A stretch of DNA of 64,000 nt from positions 2,232,001-2,296,000 of the forward strand of contig JBHGNT010000018.1 of assembly GCA_043228905.1 (NCBI GenBank), in the 5' to 3' direction. Of the stretch, positions 46,868 through 60,100 are shown piece after piece (positions within the stretch are counted from its first letter, which is position 1; each line of letters starts with the position of its first letter). This DNA comes from Azolla caroliniana. Its lineage: Eukaryota; Plantae; Polypodiophyta. Below the pieces are notes generated by a model. That model did no database searches and was not told where the DNA came from. It saw only the letters and a program-made list of their open reading frames with translations. Position numbers and translations under genes: made by a program.

Positions 46868-47506
46868 GTCTTCTACTGTGTCTGTTTTCGACCTGTTAGG
46901 GTTTTCTTCTCAAGAGTAAATGTCTGCAGCAGAGGTTCTCAACCCTCGCGCTCTGATACCATGTGAACGTAAGTGTTTGCGGAAGCGTAAAACAGAGAAC
47001 AACAGAGAGAGAGAGAGAGAGACAGAGAGAGCAGAACGCAATTTCAAAATTATATCAAAACTCTGTATATACACTGTGCTAAGTAGCACTATTTATACAA
47101 GTCCTCTTGGGACTGACAGAAGTACCATGTACTTCAATGCTCACACGAGCATCTGACACTTACTACGAGACTATAGCTACCTTGTAGTCTATCCTATACT
47201 AGGCTTCCGATTGGACTTCCGGTTACGGATTGCACCCGACCTCCACTGCTTGCCGGTTCGGTTGCTCATTGTCATACCAATCCGTTTCGCCCGATCCGTC
47301 TTGCTTACCGGCTCCGGCTTATTCAGCCGATCCGGCTCCGGTTGAGCTTGCCACTCAAGACAAGGCAACAAATTTTTCTTTTAGACACTATAGCTCGGAG
47401 AAAACGGATTGATATTCTTGGGCGCTAACAGTAGCCATAGTATAGGAAAAAGGGTAGGAGGATGAGGAAAAACGACAAGTAGACTTGAGGAGAAATTGGT
47501 TCAAAT

Positions 47507-47963
47507 TGTCAGGAATAGTACTAAAACAGAGAGAGAATTAGTACTGGAAAAGGGAAGTACTATTAGTACTAAGAGGATGGGACCATGTAAGACTCCCGAG
47601 AGAGGAAGAGAGAAGAGGAGAGAGAGAAGAGGAGAGAGAGAAGAGGAGAGAGAGAAGAGGAGAGAGATGATGATAACAGAGGATATATTTTGTGAAGAGT
47701 AAGTACAAAAGGTCTATGAGGCTTAAGACTGGCGTTGAACCAATTTGGTTCAAAATAATGCCTAGTGCCTTCTTTTATAGTGTTCTCAGGAGTAATCCTA
47801 AAGCTTCTAGAATGTTCCAGAGCAATCTGGAATATACATTAATTTCCTATAATAAAACTTAAATGAAAATAATATCTTATATATTACAATAGATGGTATA
47901 ATGGTCAAGAGCTCGACCCATATAACATAAGGTCATGGGTTCGAGTCTTGTCATATCTTGACA
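47507..47963 (-). repeat. 5' LTR of the chromovirus; minus-strand TATA at 47772-47779
   Basis: TGTCA...TGACA termini; adjoins the gag leader. Confidence 0.93.
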
Positions 47964-49253
47964 GTGACTATATAAAGCATTCTCCTCCTATTTTGTAAAC
48001 GTTGATTAATCTCCTTTGTCATATACATCTTCTTGAGTATTATATTGTCTCTCTAATCTATCTTTTGTTTTCTCTCCATTGATTAATCTCCTTTGTCATA
48101 TACATCTTCTTGAGTATTCTATTGTCTCTCTAATCTATCTTTTGTTTTCTCTCCTCTCTCTCTCTCACACACAAAAAAAAAAAAAAAAAAAACACATCTC
48201 TAACCTATTCCACTGCGCAAGAATCATACCCGATTCTTTACATGGTATCAGAGTGGTTTGGTAGCTCGATCTAGCCCATCCGCGTGTGTTGTGCTCCACG
48301 CCGACGTTCAAGAAGAACCGGCTCATCGCTTTCGTAGTGCAACTACATAACTCATATTCAAGAGAGAAGAAGAAGAAGAAAATCTACATCGAACACCATG
48401 AATACTCAAATGGGGAGCGCTCTCCCTAACGAGAAGTTGGACTGAAACAACTTCGCATCTTGGGAATACAAGATGCACCAATACCTTGTCGGTCAAGGTT
48501 ATTGGGGCTACATCAAAAGAGCACAAGAAAATCGAACCGCCCCAAAGGACGTCGACTACTCAACATGGGAGCAAGCGGAGAGTCGAGTAATGTATTGCTT
48601 GGCAACATGTGTTCATGAACACATGCTCACCTACATTCGAGAAGCCACGACGCCAAAGGAAGCATGGGAGAATCTAAGGAAGATATTCACCGCTAATACA
48701 ACGACACGAAAGCTTCAACTCCACCAAGAGTTGAACAACATCCAACAACGGGACATGTCCATCACAAGCTACACCTTGAGGATCAAGGAGCTTTGTGACT
48801 CGCTCTGCTCAATAAGCGTCAATGTGGAAGATGATGAGAAGGTGCAAATATGCCTCGGCGGCCTTGCACCACGGTTTGGCACGATGAGAACTGCCATCCT
48901 ACCAAGGGAGAATCCTCCCTCTTTCTTCGATCTTCAATCCATGTTGTTGGTTGAAGAAAACCATGTTCAAACAAGGAGCAACACCTCAGAAGGCCACATG
49001 CTCTACACACATTCGAATGGAGGAAGAGGATGCTGCCGTGCAATAGGCCGATTCGGCCAAGGACGAGGCAGACGAGGTCTGACTTACGACAACAACTCCC
49101 AATTTCGGCAACAAAACGGAAACCATCGAGGAACCTTCAAAAGAAGGGGGAGCTTCCATTCCGGTCCTAGCCAACAAATCTCGATCGAATGCGGTTATTG
49201 CGGAAAAATCGGCCACCATGAAGAAGAGTGCCGAAAAAAGAAGTGCGAGTCGG

Positions 49254-52200
49254 TGTGTAGAATCAAGCTCAACATAGTGCAACGTGTGAACACACCTTTT
49301 GAGAATCCATGATTACTCAAAGGTCAAGAGTCACACCACTACTCTCTACACATTAAGTATATGTCATAAATAATATTCTATGACACATAACTAATGAGTT
49401 ACATATTCCCCATGACTATGAGTCTTCACATTCCCCAAGAGAGAGAGTGGTTGTTGTAAAGTTAATGAAGAGAGAGGGTGACTCTATATAAAGCACCCTC
49501 CTCATACTTCATACTAAGTCGGTTGTGACTCCTTATTATGCAACATTTTGTAATTCTTATTCTACTTGTGAAATATACACCTTCTTCTTGAGTATTCATT
49601 TTCTATCTATCTTGTGTTTTCTCATCTCTCCTCTAATTCCTCTCACACATACACATAACACACATCTCTTCCGCTACACAAGAATCACCATCGATTCTTT
49701 ACATGGTATCAAAACAATTTGGTAGCTCGATCTAGCCCACTCGCCTCATCGTGATTGTGTGTTGTGCTCTACGCTGACGTTCAAGAAGAACCGGCTCATT
49801 GCTATCGTAGTACCATTACATAGCTCGTGTTCGAGAGAGAAGGAAAAGAAGAAAGGAAGCTTAATCGACAATGAATACTCAAATGGGACCGCTCTCCCTA
49901 GTGAGAAGTTGGACCGAAACAACTTCGCATCTTGGGAGTACAAGATGCACCAATACCTTGTCGGCCAAGGCTATTGGGGTTACATCAAGGGAGCACAAGA
50001 AAACCGACCCAACCCGGAAGACGCCGACTATGCAACGTGGGAGCAAGCAGCAAGCCGAGTGATGTATTGCTTGGCAACATGTGTTCACGACCACATGCTC
50101 GGGTACATTCGAGAAGTTGAGACGCCGAAGGAAGTGTGGGAGAATCTATGAAAGATTTTCGCCGCCAACACTACCGCGAGAAAGCTTCAACTTCGCCAAG
50201 AGTTGAACAACATTCAACAAAGGGATATGTCCATCACAAGCTACACCTTGAAGATCAAGGAGCTTTGCGACTCACTTGGCTTGATAAGCGTGAATGTGGA
50301 CGATGATGAGATGGTGCAAATATGCCTCGACGGCCTTGCACCACGATTCGGCGCGATGCGAACCGCCGTACTAGCATGGGAGAATCCACCCTCTTTCTTC
50401 GATCTTCAATCTATGTTGTTGGTCGAAGAAAACCATGTTCGAACGAGGAGCAACGCCTCGGAAGGCCACATGCTCTACACGCATTCAAACGGAGGAAGAG
50501 GATGTGGCTGTGCAAGAAGAGGCCGATTCGGCCAAGGACGAGGCGGACGAGGCCCGACTTACGAAAACAATTCGCAATTTCGGCATCAAGACGGAAGCCA
50601 TCGAGGAATCTTCGGAAGAAAGGGGAGCTTCCATTCCGGTCTGAACCAACAAAGCTCGGTCGAATGCACATATTGCGGAAAAATCGGTCACCACGAAGAA
50701 GAATGCAGTAAGAAGATACACGAGTCGGCTTCCACTAGCCGACAACTCACGAACTACGCCATTAACTCCGACTATGACGATCGTGGTGGAATGTTCGTGA
50801 TGAGACATAGCAAGAATTCTATGTCGGCCTCTACTTATACTAGTGCCTCTGGTTCGGAAGACGTATGGTTTGTCGATTCCGGTGCCTCAAACCATATGAC
50901 GTCGCATTAAGAATGGTTCCGAGAACTTCGAGAGCCGAACTGACCCGACTATGTTGAAACCGGAGACAACACTACGCACTCGATTCGGCACATTGGCAAT
51001 GTTCCGTTCGGAGAAGAAGGTAAGAAAACTTATATTAAAAATGTCTTGCATGTACCAACTATCACGAAGAATTTGGACTCCGTTGGCCAAATTGTAGAGC
51101 AAGGAATGCAAGTACGAATTATTCAAGGCGGTTGCTTCATCGAAAAAGAGGGCCAAATGTTCATTCTCGACTCACACGAGATGAAATCAGCCATGTTCAC
51201 AAAGGGCATGAAAGTCGATTCCGACATATATTTATGGCACAAGCGGATTGGCCATATCAACCTCCAAAAGCTCAAGGCAATGTAATCGAAAGGAGTTGTC
51301 ATCGGGCTCCCGACATTCACGGAGAAAGAGATTGAAGGCGTGTGTGCCACTTGCCAATTTGGCAAGCAACATCGGCACCCATTTCCGAAGGAGCGGAACG
51401 TGAGCAAAGGCGTACTCGACGTAATTCATTCCGATGTATGGGGTCTGGCTCAAACGGCTACATTCAGCGGATGCCGATACTATGTGGCCTTCATGGACGA
51501 CTTCTCCAGGCACACCTGGATCTATCCCATGCGACAAAAGAGCGAAGTGTTCAGACACTTCCAAAAATTCAAGAATGAAGTCGAGAAAGCCACGGGCCGA
51601 CATGTACGATGTCTTCGGTCGGATGGAGGCAAGGAGTACTTCTTCGACGAATTTTCGGCGTTTCTACGGAAAGAGGGAATACAACGAGAGTTTTCGTGTC
51701 GACATACGCCACAACAAAACGGAGTGGCTGAACGCAAGAATGCACATCCTCGAAGTGGCACGGGCTATGCTTAACGAAAAGCACATGTCGAAATCGTATT
51801 GGCCGGAAGCAGCTAACACGGCAGTCTATCTCATGAATCGGTGTACGACATCGGGTGTGCACGAACTTACTCCGCACGAGAAGTTCTTCGGAAAGAAGCC
51901 AGACCTATTGCATGTTCGGATATTCGGATCCATTGCATACGTGCACATCCCCGACGAGAAGCGTCAAAAGCTCGACCTGAAGTCGGAGAAATGTATCCTC
52001 GTAGGATACTCACTGGAGCAAAAGGGGTACAGGTGCTACAACCCCTCAACTCGAAAATCTCGAGTAAGTCGAGATGTCGTTTTTGACGAGTCCGCATCCT
52101 TGTACGCACCAGAGACAACTTTGACTTCGATTCCGCTCGACCTGGATTCCGCCGAAATAGAGATAGAAGCCGAAGATCGACTCATGCACATGTTCGAAGA

Positions 52201-52839
52201 AAGCCCAATTATGACAAGGCTTAGTGGGCCACAAGAGCCCCCGAGCGATCAAAGCACATCTGGGCCGAGTCCGAAGATGGACAAAGGGAAGGCGAAAATG
52301 CCGGAGTATGAATACGATCACTTCGACGGCAACGAATCGACTCACTCCCTCGATAGTGAGTTCGAAGGCCTTGAGATCCGGTCAAATGTATCCGCAAACG
52401 AGAAGCTCCGCCGATCCACCCGTGAAAAGAACCCTGTAAGCCAATTCGGCTGAAATGATTATATGGCATAACATTACGCTTTTATGATAAAGGTAGCGAT
52501 AGTACGAGAGCTGGAAACGTTTTCCAAAGCTGCGACGGACCCCAGATGGGTTGAAGCAATGAATGAGGAGATGCAAGCACTCTCCAAGAATGAGACATGG
52601 GATCTCGTTCCCCACTCACCACACAAGAAAGCAATTGGCTGTAGATGGATCTACAAGGTGAAGTATAATGCCGACGGCTCCGTAAACCGTTACAAAACTT
52701 GACTCGTAGCAAAAGGATACGCACAAACACATGGAGTCGACTATGAAGAGACTTTTGCCCCGGTGGCAAAGATGACGACGGTGCGGACCGTGATCGCACA
52801 TGCAGCGGCAAAAGGGTGGCACCTCCACCAAATGGACGC
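49254..52839 (+). mobile_element. Degenerate Ty1/copia (5' LTR 49254-49703, PBS 49704, gag-PR-INT-RT start) inside a same-family element; cut off by a gypsy LTR
   Basis: TGTGTAGAATCAAGCTCAAC...CTTTACA-TGGTATC; WFVDSGASNHM, LRSDGGKEY, WHLHQMD; many stops. Confidence 0.9.
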
Positions 52840-55800
52840 TGTCGTGGAGAAAACCGTCCCTAGGAGGAATCGGTGGATGGTGTGCGTGAATCGACCCTTA
52901 CACACGGGCACATGTTTTGATATATTTACATACATAGTTAAGTGCAGGTCGGCGATGTAATTATCCTAGGTAGCACGAATTCTTTAAGAAAGGAATCAAA
53001 GAGGATCTCTGTCCGAAAGGACAGAGAATAACAGTGATTTAACAGTCTGTAAACGCCTCTCTCTCCTTGTGCTATAAAAGGAGAGGAAAAGGGCTTGAGT
53101 AGGGATCACACGTTTTTGAGAGGACAAAGTGTTGTCGGACTGGGTACCGAGTTCTCTCCTCCACCATCGTTGTTGTTTCTGCAGGGATTTGGGTTAGGTT
53201 GGTTGCCTCTGCTGCGTGAAAGACCGCGTGCTTCCGGTAGAGGCTCCACTGCGTATTTCAGTGCGTATGTTCGTCTGTGTTGAGTCTGTCACCGGCTTGC
53301 CGGTTGTAACATTGCAAGCTCTGTAACCTATACCGTTATTGGAATTAATTCTTTCATTTCTGTCTCTTTGTGTTTCTTCGAATCTCCCTCTTCTCTCTCA
53401 CGCTCCTCGATTCAAGGCCCCCGTGGTCCCGCCTTATTTCATACGTGTGAGCGTAACAACACGACATTAATTTGGTGAACCCAACGTGAATTAAGGCGGC
53501 AGAGGAATAAAAAATGAGGGGATCAGAGCTCGCCGAAGCCATGGTGGTAGAAGTCGATTAGATAGTAAGTGCTCACGAGGGCCTGACAGCCCTCGACAAG
53601 GCCATTGAAGCAATTGTCGGCACAATAGGCCGTTTTGATGGGAATGACACCATGAGTTATTTGGTGGCCTACCGGACCGAAATGGTGATGAGGGACATCC
53701 CGGAGGAGAGGCGTCTGGCTAGGTTCCCTCGGGTAGCGACACCGGGCGCTGAATATCGGGTGGGGAGGAATGAAGAGGCTGATGGAAGAAGCGGCGGCGC
53801 GCCATGCAGAGACCATCCACTACTCGACGTCGGCAGGGATCCGGGTTGGGAGTGATGAAGGCCATAAGATGAAGGACTCCGGGTTCTGGCCGGTGGTGCT
53901 AGAAGGCCTTGCCAGCGTGTGGTTGAGAAGGGAGGAAGCGGACCGTGTGGAAAGACGGGTTCGGGAGGTCACCGGGTGGAGCGATCTGGTCGAAGAAAAG
54001 GCCGGCTTTGTGGAAGCCGTGTGCCAGAACTATGAGGTTCTGGTAGAAGACAAGTGTGCGGGAAAAACCGGAGGGGCCGGACCCTCGCAGCGGTACGAGA
54101 CCCGATCCAGGCCGAAGCAGAATGACGCCGGTGCTGCCGACGCACTAGATAAAGCAAAGAAAGCTGGTTACCGGTTGAGCACCAAGATAGAAAGAACGAT
54201 GAACCTGCGGAAGGTCCTTGAGGAATGAATCCTCGACAACAAGGTGGAGTTGTCGCTGAGGGAAGTGCTTGGGATCGCCAAGAAAGAATTCCATGACTCC
54301 ATCGTGGACCTAGTGAAGCGAAAAGGGCTTTCGACGGAGCCGGAGCCGGAGAAGCCGGTTGAGGTGCGAACGACACACCTAGAAGACTTGGCCCTGGAAG
54401 ACGAGTTGGCGGAAAGCCATTATTCAAAGTTGCATTGGGCAAGAGCCACTACGGAGACCTCGGTTAGGATCGGGGATGTTCAGGAGCTGGTGGTGGCATT
54501 GGTAGACCGCGGTTCGGAGATCAACCTAATGTCTATGGACTTCTACAAGAAGGGCAAGTGGCCGATCAACACCAAGCACGGGTGGAAAATGCGAGCGGCA
54601 ACACGCGACACTGAAGAGCTACATGGGGCCTGCCTGAATGTGTGGGTGAAAATCGGTGATGTCGAGATCGACCAACACTTCTTCGTGTAGGAGACATCCT
54701 CGCATTCAGTGATACTCGGAGAACCGTACATTACGGCAGCACGTATGGAGACGAAAGTGTTGGATAACGGTTCGGCGTACGGACGCGTGAAGAGCCAAGA
54801 TGGATGACACTCTGTCCAATTCTTGACTGTGCGATGGCCCTGGAAGACGAGTTGGAGGAAAGCCATTATTCAAAGTTGCATTGGGCAAGAGCCACTACGG
54901 AGACCTCGGTTAGGATCGGGGATGTTCAGGAGCCGGTGGTGGCATTGGTAGACCACGGTTCGGAGATCAACCTAATGTCTATGGACTTCTACAAGAAGGG
55001 CAACTGGCCGATCAACACCAGGCACGGGTGGAAAATACGAGCGGCAACACGCGACACTGAAGAGCTACATGGGGCTTGCCCGAATGTGTGGGTGAAAATC
55101 AGTGATGTCGAGATCGACCAATACTTCTTCGTGTAGGAGACATCCTCGCATCCGGTGATACTCGGAGAACCGTACATTACGGCAGCACGTATGGAGACGA
55201 AAGTGCTAGATAACGGTTCGGCGTATGCACGCGTGAAGAGCCAAGATGGATGACACTCTGTCCAATTCCTGACCGTGCGACCGAACCATGAGCGCAATCG
55301 CGAGACCCTCGGCGGCGAAAGCCAAGGGGATGTTTAGAGAGGGCTATCAAGGCGTGGGGCCGCGATAGTCCGAACTTCCTAGAAACACCCCACGCGTGTA
55401 CTATAGATAGGAAATTTTGGTTCTCCGACAATAGAGGCTGTACGATAACCGGCATTAGCGGTTGGGAGAAGAAACGAGTAGAGGGACGTCTTAGGGCGTG
55501 CGGAGTCCTAGGCCCCGACGATGAGATTGGTGGTGTCATGGAGGCGGTCTCTTTCGACGACGCCTTGGACGATTCCGGTTAGTTCAGAAAAGATGTACGA
55601 AGTCATCGCCGACTTCGGGGAGAGGGTCGAGTTGGATCAGATGGCCCATGTGCATATGAAGTACAAGACTGTGGACCAAAAGGTGAGGCTAGTCGCGACA
55701 CCCTTGCCGGAGGGCAGCGGGTTATGGATGAAAGGGGTCGCGACGGACCCAAGTCTACGGGATCCGGCCGACATAGGACACCGGTTCACTGACATAACGC

Positions 55801-57147
55801 TACGGGAGCTCAAGGTTGGTGGGGGTGGCTTTCTATTGCCGGCGGAGGAGGAACGGTTTAGGAGAATGCTCGGGAGGCATGGGAAGGCCTTCACATTCTC
55901 GCCGGAAGAGATTGGGTGCGCGGGCCCGATGGTCGTTGAGCCGATGGTTATCTTTACGGTACCGCATATGCCGTGGAATCTCAAACCGATTTCGGTACCG
56001 CATGTGCCGTGGAATCTCAAACCGATTCTGGTACCCAGAGCTCATGAGCCCGAGGAGAAGGATGGTGGAGGCAGGAAACAGGAACCGGCGATGTGGGAAG
56101 TGCGAGAGAGCGTTCCTACGACGATCCTCACATTGGCTTCGGAGACCTTGGTAGTGCAAGCCGGCGAGGCGACGTAAGACCTAGGAGAAGGATGGTGGCG
56201 GCAGGAAACGGGATCCGACAACCAAGGAGCCGGTAAGACGGGAGCCGGCAAGACCGGAGTTGACAAGGGCGAAACCCTTATTGGCCGGTTATGATTTCGG
56301 AAGGGAGCCGGTGAGGGGTAAAATCGGAGCAGAACAAGAGACGTGCGAGTGGCCATCAAGGGACGAAGCAAGCACGAGTACGGGACTGTGTTCGGCATGA
56401 CCAGTGACGAACAAGGACGACGGAAGACGGCACACAGCGGTGCCAGGAATGAGTTAATGGGCGTGCAACAGACTGCACGGGATAGAGATCGGAAATGATA
56501 TCACGGGCCGGAGAAGGATCCTCCAAACCCGCTTCGGAGATCTCGGCGGCTCAGTCGGAGTGGCAAGCCAAGCTCGAGATGACAAGCTGGTGGGGGCAAG
56601 GGGACGACGACAAGCAGAAGGCTCCGGGCTGGTCGCAACGATGCGAGGCGAAAGGGAGCCAAACGAGCTGCTACGGGGTGCTCCTCGAACACGGAGGACA
56701 TCGGTATCCGGAGAGGAAGGCGGTGCACGATCTGGCCAGGCAAGGGCTGACAACGCGTGCGAAAAGGGTAACAGGAGTTGGCACGGTGGTGCCGAACAAC
56801 TAGGAGGGAATACCAGCACACGGAGGTTGCCGAAAGGGAGTTTAGGCGCAAAGCATGGTTGCCGGTTCAAGTAATCTTGAATGGAAGGCCAGAGAGGGAT
56901 CCTCCACACTAGTTCCGGAGACCTTGGCAGTCCGAGCTGACGTGGCAACATAAGACCAAGGAGAGGGAAGGTGGCGGCGAGGGGACAAAGGCGATGGGCA
57001 ACAACACGGGACAACAACTGGGACGACGTGAAGGGCACCGACATGGAGGTCGGGGTGATGGCACGCTCTACCTCAAAAGAGCGCGGCAAGCAAGGGAAAC
57101 CATGGAGCGCGTAATCGGGTCACCTGAGGGCCAAAGAACGAGCCCGT
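52840..57147 (+). mobile_element. Rearranged Trp-primed gypsy (copy C): LTR 52840-53466, PBS 53473-53490, deleted gag, duplicated protease, pol cut at ~56045
   Basis: TGTCGTGGAGAAAACCG...ACGACA; clear homology to copies A and B. Confidence 0.88.
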
Positions 57148-60100
57148 TGTCGTGAAGATTTCGGGCTACAGTGAGAAATCGGAGAATGTTGCAAGGATCG
57201 GCAAGGTGTACCATGTGCACCCATCCTTGTACAAAGTTAGCGTAGGGGCTAGGGGTGCCTTTGTGGCGCCGAATAGGCAATAAAGTTGGGATAGAGAATC
57301 CCATGTAAATCGCAATTTATCCCACATCGTTACGCACCTCCCTATAAAAGGGAGGGAGGGTCCCTTGTAAAAGGGGTTGCCCATTTTGTGTTAGGAGGGT
57401 ATACCGTTAGATCTAGGGTTTGGTAGTTTTCGCTTCTTCTTACTTTCTTTAGGGTTCCATTAAGTTCTTGTTCTTCGTCCTCGTGTGGGTTGAGAGTTCG
57501 TGTCTGTTAGGGTTTGCTTCTGCTCGGTCTTCTGTGCAAGACCCCGCTCGGCGCGACGAGCTCGAGAGCTCCCCGATCGGCGGCTTGGCGGTAGACTGCT
57601 GTTGTAACATACCCTACCTTGGTCCGGCTCGAAGCTAGGGTTGTATCTTTTCCATTGTAATATATATATGTATGTTTGGTTGTGCACATCCATGTCTTTG
57701 GTACTTTCGGGTGTTCCCATCCCGTTTTTGTTTTCCGTGCATAAGAGTCGGTGTTGCGCGCATGCTCTCTCTCTCTCTCTCTCGTGTTTGGTTGCATCCG
57801 GGTCGTGTCCGGTGTCGGTTTTCTTGGCATCCCTCTTCACCCTCGTCCGAGATCCCCGTGGTCCCGCCCCTACTATGCGCACACATGTAATAACGCGACA
57901 TATTTGGTGAACCCGACGTGAAGGGCAGCAAGGGAGAATGGAGTTGGAAGAAAACGACTTCACGCAACTTTTTGTCGAAGCGGTGAGGGAGTTTGGACGA
58001 GCAAGAGCAAGACGAGAGTCGGCACAACAAGCGGTTGAGCGAGTGGTCGAAAGAGCCGGCCATTTCAACGGGGACAAGGTCCCATTCTACTTGGAAGCCT
58101 ACAACGTGGAAATGGAGGAGTGAGACGTGGACGAGGTGTTGATGCTAGAGTTCTTCTGTCAGGCCATTGCCGTCCGTATGCATGCGGAAGTGAAGGAGCT
58201 CCGAGAGGCTCATAGTTCGTGGGAGGCCTTCGAAGAGGCGCTCTTGTAGGCATACGGAGGACGGCAGAAGAGCCGGGGACGACGCGACTTTGACCTATGG
58301 GTGGAATCGGCGAAGACCCACCGGGGCGCAACGAAGGCGTTCCGAGAGTTCTAGCGATGGCTTGCTCGGCTCCCGGAGCGAGAACAAGGGTTGGTGGGGG
58401 TGGAAAAAGTCCTGTTGTACATTAGGTCGATCGACCGAGTGGAACGGGAGGCCATCAGGATTGAGCTCGAAGATGAGGACGGAACGAATGGCCTTACGGA
58501 GGACTGGTCGAAGGTCGGAAAGGTATGCCAACGACTAGATGACGAGCGGGCCGAGAAGGCTAGGAGGAAGGCGCGCAACGGCGCGCCATCATAGCGGGAA
58601 GAGGCCGAACGACAAAGAGAGTCGGAAAGGCTCGGCTTCGGGACCAAGATTGCAGAGGTTACGTGGCTCTCGAGGCAATGCTCGAGGAAGAGGAAAGATC
58701 GAGACCACGAGCCGACCCCGGGGAGGCGGACTTGCCCCATGAGATGGCAGAAGATCGGTACAACGGTACCACGGGAGAGGGTGCGGAACAAAACACCCTC
58801 TCGACTTGCGGAGAAAGAACGGCCGAGGACAAGGCTGAGATATTGATTACGAAATTGGAACATTGGGACCGGCGGTTTCGGGCTCGTCAGCCCGGAATTC
58901 CGGACATTGGAGAAGCAAGGCCAGACGGGGCTTGCGCGATCGGTAAGAAGACGACCACCGACCATGAGGAGCCGATGGCTACGGACAAGGGCGTATAACT
59001 GACGAGAAATTCTTCGCGTCTTCCCACACTTTCTCCCGAGACGATGGAAGTCGGGCCCAAGTGCCCACGTGAGTCGCAAGAGGAGGAAGGTGGCTGCGTG
59101 AGATCGAGAATCGCCGGTGAGACGATACGAGGAAGGAACGGACAAGAGCCCTCGGGACCGAATCCGGAGAACTTGGCATTCGTGCCCTTACGCCCATGTG
59201 AGACCAAGGAGATGGATGACAGTATCGAGGAGTCCTGGCACGATGCCAGCGAAGATGGATGGGAAGTGGCCCGCGAGAAGGTCAACGAAGAGACCAAGAA
59301 ACGACCCGATCGGGAATCGAACCATACGACACTCCGATTCGGGTGGAGCATGATCCAGTCATGGATTGTTCGACCGGGGCCAGAATCAGCATGAAAATGT
59401 CGACACGGGAGAGGGTGTGGAGCGAGCCACCCTCTTGGCTTGTGGAGAAAGACGACCCAGGATAAGGGTCCGAGATACGACGAGTCCAAGGAGGATCCTT
59501 CACACCAAGAGAGAAGAACAGTGGCGACGGCAAGGCGGGTACCCAAGAGGGAAAGGATGGGTGGTTTACGGAGATCCTCACACCGATCCAGCGGTCGACC
59601 CGAGTGCCGGCGTGAGTCCTATAGGAGAGATCGGTGGCGGTAGGTGAAAGTGACCAGCAGAAGTGGCCGACGCAGAAGTCAGGGAAAACAGTGAGCGGTG
59701 TAGCAACGACCTTACACAGACCGGTTCTAGACACTCTGGCAGTCGGCAACGAGAGCCAACATGAGACCTAGAGTAAGGAACGGTGGCGGCGGCAAGGCGG
59801 GCAAGCGAAGGCAGAAGGGGAGGTCCCACGAGATCCTCACACCGATATGGCGGTGGGCCTGAGAGACGGCGTGAGTCCTATAGGAAAGGACGGTGGCGGC
59901 AAGAGAACGTGATTGGACGACGGAAAGTAGAGCGAATGGAGGTATGAGGCCGGCGAGGCGGCCACGAACCGGATACGAAACCCGACCGACAGAGTCAGCA
60001 AGACAAAGAATGGAGGCCCGAGAAGGATCCTTCACACCTGCCCGAAGATCCCGGCTGTTTGGCCGACGTGGCAACGTGAGACCGAGGGTAATGGAAGGTG

